A DNA stretch of 23,466 nucleotides, taken from positions 1 to 23,466 of the forward strand of contig CAWIEK010000038.1 in assembly GCA_963835065.1 (NCBI GenBank). Direction: 5' to 3'. The notes under the pieces were generated by a model, which had not been told where the DNA came from, did not search any database, and saw only the letters and a list, made by a program, of their open reading frames with translations. Below, piece by piece: positions 17,106 to 23,466 of the stretch; position 1 is the first letter of the stretch, and the number at the start of each line of letters is the position of its first letter. A program made the translations under genes and the position numbers. Origin of the DNA: an uncultured Chthonomonadaceae bacterium. GTDB taxonomy: Bacteria > Armatimonadota > Chthonomonadetes > Chthonomonadales > Chthonomonadaceae.

Positions 17106-18308
17106 TCAGCGCCTCCCGCCTGCCATTGCCTCTAACTCCCCAGACCTGTAGAGTGTACCAAGCGTGTACTCTTTTCGCCAATAGGCAAGTTCCTCACTAT
17201 CCAGCATATCCAGAGTTGTTTCTCCATTTGCCCATGTTGCCACCGTAGTTGTTGGGTTTACATCGCTGAAAGCATCCAGCAATCGGTCGGAATGTGTTGT
17301 TAAGATGACCTGCGTTCTTAATGCCGCATCGGCGGCATACTCGGCTATGATAGGCAGCATCGAAGGATGCAAGCCAGTTTCAGGCTCATCTATAGCAATG
17401 AGAGAAGCGGGCGACGGCGTAGCTAAAACAGTCAGCAGAAACAGGAAACGGAGTGTTCCATCCGACAGGTCGGCAGCAGATTGTTCGCGTCGCAGCGTTT
17501 TCCAGCGAACGCGCAATTGTATTCTCTGATCGGAGGCTGGCGGGAAGATAAGTTCCTCGAAATCTTCCCCGAAAGCGGCCTGCATCGCCGCATTTACAGC
17601 CTGCTTGAAATAGCGGTTGCCTGTATATAAGGTATGCAGCACAGCAATCAGGTTTTGCCCGTCTGAAGAAACCCGTCTTTCATGTCTGGCAATGGCTGGC
17701 TGACGAATTGGCGCGTCGCTATTTACATGCAGGTCATGGTAAATAGACCAGGATTCCAATGGTTTTTGAAAGCGGGGTATTGCCTGATTTGTTGTGAAGG
17801 GACCTGCCGCTAAAGAAAGCAAAGTTTCTTCTTCGGATAAGGCTTCAATGGGCGCGACTAAACCATGTTGCTCTTCATCGAAAACACGCGCATCCAGGTT
17901 CCGCCTTTCTAAATGTTTGAATGGGTTTTTTGCAGCCCCTCTATCATACAGATGATAGTCGGCCAACAATTCATAGCCAATGCGGTATGCGCTGCCTGCG
18001 CCAATACGCGCTAACTGTACTTCATAAGTCAGATCACGTTGCGGCGGCTGTCCCTCAAAATTTCCAACCTTCAGACGAAGATTCAGGTCAACCGCCTGAC
18101 CATCCCATAACAGAGGATCAATGCCTCCCGATCTTTGAATGTACACGCCAAGCTGCCCTTTGGCTGACACAGATAACAGTTCAAGAACGCGCAGCAGGTT
18201 GGATTTCCCCGACCCATTAGGCCCGATGACAACGTTCAGGTTGCCGGGTTTCCACGCAACGTTTTTTAGAGAACGAAAACCCTCAATATCTAATTCCAGT
18301 ATTTTCAA
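17106..18308 (-). CDS. ABC-type (AAA_21/COG4637-like) ATPase, copy 2
   Basis: IEGFRSL, GPNGSGKS, LSDGT, IDEPETGLHP, TTHS and YTLGTLY motifs. TTG start with CAGGAG RBS. Confidence 0.88.
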   Translation of the reverse strand: MKILELDIEGFRSLKNVAWKPGNLNVVIGPNGSGKSNLLRVLELLSVSAKGQLGVYIQRSGGIDPLLWDGQAVDLNLRLKVGNFEGQPPQRDLTYEVQLARIGAGSAYRIGYELLADYHLYDRGAAKNPFKHLERRNLDARVFDEEQHGLVAPIEALSEEETLLSLAAGPFTTNQAIPRFQKPLESWSIYHDLHVNSDAPIRQPAIARHERRVSSDGQNLIAVLHTLYTGNRYFKQAVNAAMQAAFGEDFEELIFPPASDQRIQLRVRWKTLRREQSAADLSDGTLRFLFLLTVLATPSPASLIAIDEPETGLHPSMLPIIAEYAADAALRTQVILTTHSDRLLDAFSDVNPTTTVATWANGETTLDMLDSEELAYWRKEYTLGTLYRSGELEAMAGGRR

Positions 18309-18402
18309 TTTCTGCTCCTGAAAACGTTCGCCAACAGAGTGTCTTTGCGCGGCAAGTCTGAATATAGGGAAGAGCAGGCTAAAGGATTAGCAGCAGGCAG
18401 AT

Positions 18403-18449
18403 AACGGCGATTAACGCGAACGCAACTGTGTTCACGTTTAATCGCCGTT
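18403..18449. terminator. Long imperfect hairpin downstream of tatC (terminator or REP-like)
   Basis: AACGGCGATTAA...TTAATCGCCGTT outer stem with an inner CG(C/T)GAAC / GTTCACG stem. Confidence 0.55.
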
Positions 18450-18460
18450 GATTTCTTCAT

Positions 18461-19390
18461 CTATTCAGGTTTAGGGCGGTCCTTCGCTTTGATGCGCTCT
18501 ACCATGCGGACGAGGAAGATGCTGCCGAAGTAGAGCAGCAGAAGCGGGATGGTCATCAGGGCCATGGAAGGCAGGTCGTTGGACGGGGTGAACACGCCGC
18601 CCAATACGGCAATGACCACGCCCCAGCGCCAGTGCTTGATCAAGCCATCCGAGGTAATCATGCCCACGAACGAACCGGCCATCAGCAGCACGGGCAATTG
18701 GAACGCGAACCCGAACGCCGCCATCATCTTGACGAAGAAGAGAATGTACTGGCCGGGGTTTTGCAGCAGCGTGGAACCCTGTGGAAAGTCTTCCAGGTAG
18801 GACAGGAACCAGTGCATGGCAAAAAACAGCGTGGCATACGCGACGCACACACCCAAAATCAGGCAAAAAATGGAAACCGGCAGCAGCATACGCAGGGGCT
18901 TGCGCTCCTGCGGCGTCAGCGCGGGCAGAATAAACAGCGCGATTTCACGGATGATGAACGGCGTCGTCAAAATGAAGCCGATGATCACGCTGAGCTGCAA
19001 GCGCACCGTGAACGGCTCATAAAACGTATTAAAAGCGTCGCCGATCATGGGCGGCGTGGCGGGATGCGTATACATCCACGCAATCACATCGTCGCGTATC
19101 AGCAGGTCTTCGTTCGTGGGCGGATTGTGCGGTTTGGGCAATTTGCGCGGGTCGTAAGGCGGATGGTCTTTATCCACCTGCCGCTGCGCTTCTTGAACTG
19201 TCCGATGGATGTTCAAGGCGTCTATTTCTTTGCGGAGCGGGCGGTACATCAGGTTATAAATGGGCGTGAAAAACTGATACGCAATAATTGAGCCGAGCAG
19301 CAAGTACCAGATGCAGCGAATAATGCGCGTCCGCAGTTCGCCCAGATGTTCGGTCAACTCCATGCGCTTGTCATCATGGTCTCTTCTCAT
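18461..19390 (-). CDS. tatC: Twin-arginine translocase subunit TatC
   Basis: M.LTEHLGELR.R, FI.PAL...ER, F.FQLP, GVFTP..D..SM and P...LY motifs. ATG 19390 with GGGGAGG RBS preferred over the longer ORF start. Confidence 0.93.
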   Translation of the reverse strand: MRRDHDDKRMELTEHLGELRTRIIRCIWYLLLGSIIAYQFFTPIYNLMYRPLRKEIDALNIHRTVQEAQRQVDKDHPPYDPRKLPKPHNPPTNEDLLIRDDVIAWMYTHPATPPMIGDAFNTFYEPFTVRLQLSVIIGFILTTPFIIREIALFILPALTPQERKPLRMLLPVSIFCLILGVCVAYATLFFAMHWFLSYLEDFPQGSTLLQNPGQYILFFVKMMAAFGFAFQLPVLLMAGSFVGMITSDGLIKHWRWGVVIAVLGGVFTPSNDLPSMALMTIPLLLLYFGSIFLVRMVERIKAKDRPKPE

Positions 19391-19496
19391 GTTTCCAACC
19401 CCTCCCCTTAGGCTCCGTAGGCACACAATTCCTATTACGCCAATTACACTGTTTAGTTGGATGCAGGATAGACGCGCATGTTTCAGCCTGCCATCC

Positions 19497-19567
19497 AAAT
19501 CTTTCCCGCTAAATCTTTCCCGCTGAATCTCTCTTATCCCTTACCACTTGCCACTTAATACTTATCC
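19497..19567. repeat. Short tandem repeats in the tatC leader
   Basis: AAATCTTTCCCGCT x2 followed by degenerate CTTANCN heptamers (CTTATCC CTTACCA CTTGCCA CTTAATA CTTATCC). Confidence 0.6.
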
Positions 19568-19575
19568 CTAACGGC

Positions 19576-19605
19576 AGTATACAGGCAAACGCGCCGTCAG
19601 CGCAA
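19576..19605 (-). promoter_or_regulatory. Putative tatC promoter overlapping the upstream hairpin
   Basis: Minus strand TTGCGC-18 nt-TATACT. Confidence 0.4.
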
Positions 19606-19620
19606 GGCTGCGCTGACGGC
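19593..19620 (-). terminator. Probable intrinsic terminator of the Gly-rich protein gene
   Basis: Perfect 12-bp stem GCCGTCAGCGCA-AGGC-TGCGCTGACGGC with short T-rich flanks on both strands. Confidence 0.65.
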
Positions 19621-19677
19621 ACGGTTTATTCTACAGGAGAGTTTTCTGAACCCTGTCCTCTGATTCCTGAGTTGTGC

Positions 19678-21309
19678 TTACGCGGACGTAATGCGTATCA
19701 ACTGCGTATCGTTGATCGCTTTGATGGTAATCGGGAAGTCGGCCTGGCCGCCCTGGCCGGAGCCGAAGTTCTGGCCGCCACCCCCGCCGAGCAGTCCGCC
19801 GCCACCGCCGCCCAACTTTCCGCCGCCGCTACCGGGGAAGCCACCGGAACCGCCAGGCCCAAATCCGCCGCCGGAACCCGGCCCCAATCCACCCCCGCCG
19901 CCAGGCGAAAAGCCGCCGCCCTTACCACCCCCGCCGAACTTTCCGCCGGGGGAACCGGGGATGCCGCCGCCGGAACCCGGAAAACCGCCGCCCGAACCGG
20001 GAGGACCACCGTTAAAGCCGGGAGGAGCGCCGCCGCCAAAGCTGCCCGGAACGCCCGGAGGACGATTGCCGCCACCGCCGAGCAATCCGCCGCCGCCGGA
20101 ACCGGGAAAGCCGCCGCCCCCGCCACCCGGCGAGCCGGCGTCCGGGGCAGGTATGTTGGTACGGCCCTTGACGGTCAGGGTGCGCGTCATGCGAACCAGG
20201 GTGCCGGAGGTATAAGCGATATAGATGTCGCGGTCATAGGTACACGACGGCGACATAATGGGCATGCCTTCTACGACAATCTCCGTGGGCAGTTTCACGT
20301 CATCGGCATGCTGATGAATTTTGGCAGTGCGATAGTTGCCTTCCCATTCCAAATCTACCAGCGTGTTTTGGAACTTGACGTGGGGCTGCAAAATCGGCGG
20401 CAGGCCGGGCACGTCAATGCGCTGTTCGGGCGAGGTCCACTTGTCGCCAATGGTGACTTCACGGGTAGGCATAACGGGCAGTTCAATGGTGGGGTCTACA
20501 AACAGCCCGCCATATTCGATGCCTGTCAGGACGCCCGTCTCATAGTGGACGCGCCCCTGCGTATCCAGTTCCTGGTACATGGACTGCGCCAGGTCTTTGG
20601 CGGGGAAACTCACTTCCTTGCCGGTTTCCAACACGTCCAATTTGGTCAGTTTGTTGCGAACGAGAGCAATGCCGCCCGGATCGTTGCTGAGAATGCCGAG
20701 CAGCAGTTGGCTGTTGATGGATGTGAGTTCCTGATCCGCGCTGACTTTGGTCAGCGATCCCGAGTTGGCGCGCACGGCCTTGCTGGTGCGCTGGTACTCG
20801 ATGTTCTTGCCTTCGGGGTACTTGTAGCGCAGGCGCAAGCTCGAAGGTCCGTCCTTGATCTTGTTGGCGACGGTAAGTTTTACTTCGCTGGTGGCGCGCT
20901 GCGTAACGCCCAGGTTGCCCACGCTGCCTTCGACGGGATCGAACAACACCACGCGCACGGAATGTTGGCCGTCGGCAACGCCCTCGGCTTTGGTGTCCCA
21001 GATAAAGGTGAAGAAACGGCTTTCCGGCTTCTTTTGCGCCGTTGCGCTGCCGCTCACGGCAGAATCCTGCAGACGCTGCGGATCAAGGGCGGCATCAAAC
21101 TTGCCGTCGAGATACACGACGACAAAGCTTTTTTCGCCGATACTGGCCTGGGGAACTTCGACATGCACCTTTTCGCGCACGGTCGCGCCATCGGGCGGAC
21201 GGCGAATGGTGAACGGAGCGCCCTGCGCATGAACGCGCCCGCCCGGCAAACCCAGGCTGCCGAGGGCGGCGGCGCCGGCGGCCAATCGAATGGCATTGCG
21301 GCTTATCAT
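19678..21309 (-). CDS. Secreted hypothetical protein: Ig-like N-domain, beta-rich domain, long Gly-rich low-complexity insert
   Basis: Signal peptide MISRNAIRLAAGAAALGSLGLPGGRVHA-Q. TIRRPPDGATV...WDT...DG.H.V.V resembles a bacterial Ig fold. Roughly 130 residues of GGGFPGSG-like repeats near the C-terminus. Confidence 0.75.
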   Translation of the reverse strand: MISRNAIRLAAGAAALGSLGLPGGRVHAQGAPFTIRRPPDGATVREKVHVEVPQASIGEKSFVVVYLDGKFDAALDPQRLQDSAVSGSATAQKKPESRFFTFIWDTKAEGVADGQHSVRVVLFDPVEGSVGNLGVTQRATSEVKLTVANKIKDGPSSLRLRYKYPEGKNIEYQRTSKAVRANSGSLTKVSADQELTSINSQLLLGILSNDPGGIALVRNKLTKLDVLETGKEVSFPAKDLAQSMYQELDTQGRVHYETGVLTGIEYGGLFVDPTIELPVMPTREVTIGDKWTSPEQRIDVPGLPPILQPHVKFQNTLVDLEWEGNYRTAKIHQHADDVKLPTEIVVEGMPIMSPSCTYDRDIYIAYTSGTLVRMTRTLTVKGRTNIPAPDAGSPGGGGGGFPGSGGGGLLGGGGNRPPGVPGSFGGGAPPGFNGGPPGSGGGFPGSGGGIPGSPGGKFGGGGKGGGFSPGGGGGLGPGSGGGFGPGGSGGFPGSGGGKLGGGGGGLLGGGGGQNFGSGQGGQADFPITIKAINDTQLIRITSA

Positions 21310-21388
21310 AAGAAGAACCCTTTCCGTACCGATTCGGGTCAAGACAAGATCGGCTCAAAACCAACAGAGTGACACGGGAATGATTTAG

Positions 21389-21418
21389 AGTGTATCATAG
21401 ATGCTGTTGAGAAGTCAA
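21389..21418 (-). promoter_or_regulatory. Putative sigma70 promoter for the secreted protein
   Basis: Minus strand TTGACT-18 nt-TACACT with TGn. Confidence 0.55.
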
Positions 21419-21570
21419 CGCCTGCCGCCGCGTAAACGGACAATCATGCTTCCATTCTGCGTCAAAAAGCAGTAACGGAAGGCGCAATCGCGTTTCCAAC
21501 AGAGTAAGCGCCCAACGGTTTAAGGCGCGCATCGCCGCGAACGTCAACAACGGTCAAAAATAATACCCGC

Positions 21571-21600
21571 TTGACAGTCCGCGCAAAGGTAGGCTACCAT
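21571..21600 (+). promoter_or_regulatory. Putative sigma70 promoter for the aldo/keto reductase
   Basis: TTGACA-18 nt-TACCAT. Confidence 0.55.
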
Positions 21601-21638
21601 CTTTTAGTCGGAAGAAATTAGAAAAGGGTTCAAAGGAA

Positions 21639-21767
21639 GGAAGTAGTCAGTAGTCAGTAGTCAGTAGTCAGTAGAAAAACCTGTTCTTTCTAAAGGATTG
21701 GCTGCTTTAAAGCTGTAAGAAGACGGCATTTCTACTGACTACTGACTACTGACTACTGACTACTTCC
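21639..21767. repeat. Inverted heptamer-repeat element: (GTAGTCA)4 arm, 51-nt core, (TGACTAC)4 arm
   Basis: Perfect 39-bp inverted repeat (21639-21677 / 21729-21767) with a 51-nt spacer. Confidence 0.92.
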
Positions 21768-21777
21768 CGGAGGGATT

Positions 21778-22782
21778 ATGCAATACCGTACTCTGGGCGA
21801 TACCGGGCTGACCGTTTCCGCGGTGGGCTTTGGCGTGTGGACGGTTTCCACGACGATGTGGGGCATTGAAGACGACGCGGTAGGCTTGCATTTGCTGAAG
21901 CGCGCGTTTGATCTGGGCGTGACGTTTTACGATACGGCGGATGTCTACGGCGACGGCAAGGGCGAAACCCTGCTGGCGGACGCGCTGGGGTCTCGGCGCG
22001 ACGAGATTACCATCGCCACCAAGTTCGGCTATGATTTTTACACCACGCCCGGTTTGCAGCCGGGACAGCGCGAGCGCCCGCAGGACTGGTCGCCCGCGTA
22101 TATCCGCAAAGCCTGCGAGGAAAGCCTGCGCCGCCTGAGAACGGATCACATTGACCTGTATCAGATGCACAATCCCCGCGTGGACGCCCTTGCTCTCGAC
22201 GATACGTTTGCCGCGCTGGAGGAACTGAAAGCGGCAGGCAAAATCCGCGCGTATGGAGCCGCGCTCGGCCCCGCTTTGTTGCCTGACCGTCAGATAGACG
22301 AGGGATTGTACGCGATTGAAAAACGCCACGCCACGCTGCAAATCATTTACAACATGCTGGAGCAGGTGTTGGGTGAGCCATTGTGTCCCTTTGCCGCGCG
22401 GCATAACGTGGGCGTGATCGTGCGCGTACCCCATTCGTCCGACCTGCTCTTGGGGCGGGTAACGACGGATACGGAGTTCGCGCCCAACGATCACCGCCGC
22501 TTCCGCGTGACGACGGATGAGGCCAAAAAGAAGTGGCAGTTGGATGGCGTCAAGAAAATTGAGCGGCTGCGCTTCCTCACCGAAGGCACGGGGCGCACAT
22601 TAGGACAGGTGGCGATCCAATTCCTGCTGGCGCAGCCCGCGCTGGCGTCCGCCCTGCCCAACATCTACGACGAGCCGCTGTTGGAGGAACTGGCCGCCGC
22701 CTCCGACACGCCCCCGCTCACGGCGGAAGAACTGACCGAAATCGCCGGCCTGTACGCGCGAAACTTCGATCTGGCGGCGTGA
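21778..22782 (+). CDS. Aldo/keto reductase
   Basis: [55 protein letters not shown] and QIIYNML motifs. GGAGGG RBS. Confidence 0.95.
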   Translation: MQYRTLGDTGLTVSAVGFGVWTVSTTMWGIEDDAVGLHLLKRAFDLGVTFYDTADVYGDGKGETLLADALGSRRDEITIATKFGYDFYTTPGLQPGQRERPQDWSPAYIRKACEESLRRLRTDHIDLYQMHNPRVDALALDDTFAALEELKAAGKIRAYGAALGPALLPDRQIDEGLYAIEKRHATLQIIYNMLEQVLGEPLCPFAARHNVGVIVRVPHSSDLLLGRVTTDTEFAPNDHRRFRVTTDEAKKKWQLDGVKKIERLRFLTEGTGRTLGQVAIQFLLAQPALASALPNIYDEPLLEELAAASDTPPLTAEELTEIAGLYARNFDLAA

Positions 22783-22809
22783 CATAGGAGCGGTACAAAG
22801 CGTTTGATG

Positions 22810-22845
22810 AAACGGGTTTGCGCCAATGGCGCAAACCCGTTTTTT
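22810..22845. terminator. Intrinsic terminator, probably bidirectional
   Basis: AAACGGGTTTGCGCC-AAT-GGCGCAAACCCGTTT followed by a T-tract, located between convergent genes. Confidence 0.8.
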
Positions 22846-22865
22846 GTATACCCCATCAATAGGGT

Positions 22866-23321
22866 TTAGCCTTCCTCAGAATTTTCTTCAACCATCCAAT
22901 CTTCACAGGGCGCAATCGCTATTTTCTCGAAATCACGAGTATTACGAGTGATAACCGTAAACCCTCTCGCCGCCGCAATCGCCGCCACGCGACAATCACG
23001 CCGATGTGCCTGTCTGATTTTGTCAGGAATTTGCAGGTACTGCGCATAAGCCGCTGCATCAAAAAGCAAAACCTCAAAGCGGCTTATATCCTGCAGAAAT
23101 GAACCCAGGATGCCATAGGCCTGAACAACCTTGTCCGAAGCGTAATACCTGTTTATGGCAGGCAGTATCTTACTTAACTGCTCTTCAACAAGTATGACGC
23201 TGATATGGAGATTCTCGGCTGCTTCACGCGCAATTCGGCGTTCTAAGACAGGTGTAGCGCGATGTTCGCTGATTAAGTTGCTAAAAATGTCCGTATCAAG
23301 TAGATACACGTTTCGCTCCAC
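22866..23321 (-). CDS. vapC: PIN-domain VapC-family toxin
   Basis: YLLDTD, EEQL, D.RVAAIA and ITRN.RDF supply the PIN acidic residues. Confidence 0.88.
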   Translation of the reverse strand: MERNVYLLDTDIFSNLISEHRATPVLERRIAREAAENLHISVILVEEQLSKILPAINRYYASDKVVQAYGILGSFLQDISRFEVLLFDAAAYAQYLQIPDKIRQAHRRDCRVAAIAAARGFTVITRNTRDFEKIAIAPCEDWMVEENSEEG

Positions 23322-23324
23322 GTG

Positions 23325-23466
23325 TTATTCCTGCGAAGCCGCAGTATCTTCCTCTTGCGCATCCTGTTTATTCTGCCTATCCAGCCAATCGCGCTCTAAG
23401 GAATTAAAAATCTCCTCCCAAACTTCCCCGCCATACTTGCCGAACAGGTCTGCAAGCGGGTGTTGC
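23325..23466 (-). CDS. Probable cognate antitoxin, 5'-truncated by the window edge
   Basis: Open frame ...QHPLADLFGKYGGEVWEEIFNSLERDWLDRQNKQDAQEEDTAASQE* is acidic and ends 3 nt before the vapC start. Confidence 0.7.
   Translation of the reverse strand, partial: QHPLADLFGKYGGEVWEEIFNSLERDWLDRQNKQDAQEEDTAASQE

Noticed and set aside
19672..21372. 566-aa plus-strand ORF and the 174-aa Pro-rich ORF (19691-20215)
   Set aside because: Antisense shadows of the Gly-rich gene (GGN codons read as CCN). The minus-strand ORF has the signal peptide, promoter and terminator.
21639..21767. CRISPR array
   Set aside because: The repeats are contiguous 7-mers in inverted orientation with no unique spacers, and there are no cas genes.

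Overview
Bacterial chromosomal window of roughly 55-60% GC by eye. The DUF6785-type membrane protein, Gly-rich secreted protein and heptamer repeats suggest Armatimonadota or a similar lineage (inference only). From left to right: (1) A selenocysteine formate dehydrogenase operon: alpha subunit with in-frame UGA at 616-618 plus a SECIS hairpin, an Fe-S beta subunit, and a frameshifted NrfD-type anchor. (2) A small lipoprotein, a DUF6785/6784-type polytopic membrane protein and a Tat-exported GH116 glycosidase broken by two frameshifts. (3) An accessory hotspot (11.5-18.3 kb) in which a YprA/MrfA/Hrq1-type DUF1998 helicase is flanked on both sides by divergent ABC-ATPase + DUF4276 (TOPRIM-like) gene pairs. 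The left pair sits between the helicase 3' end and a decayed duplicate of that 3' end, and antitoxin-like debris lies beyond the duplicate. (4) tatC, a Gly-rich secreted protein, an aldo/keto reductase and a vapBC-like pair at the right edge. Two small elements made of inverted heptamer-repeat arrays around a related 51-nt core (3420-3537, 21639-21767) look like one MITE-like family with interchangeable repeat arms. Family assignments come from recognising motifs by eye; no database searches were run.
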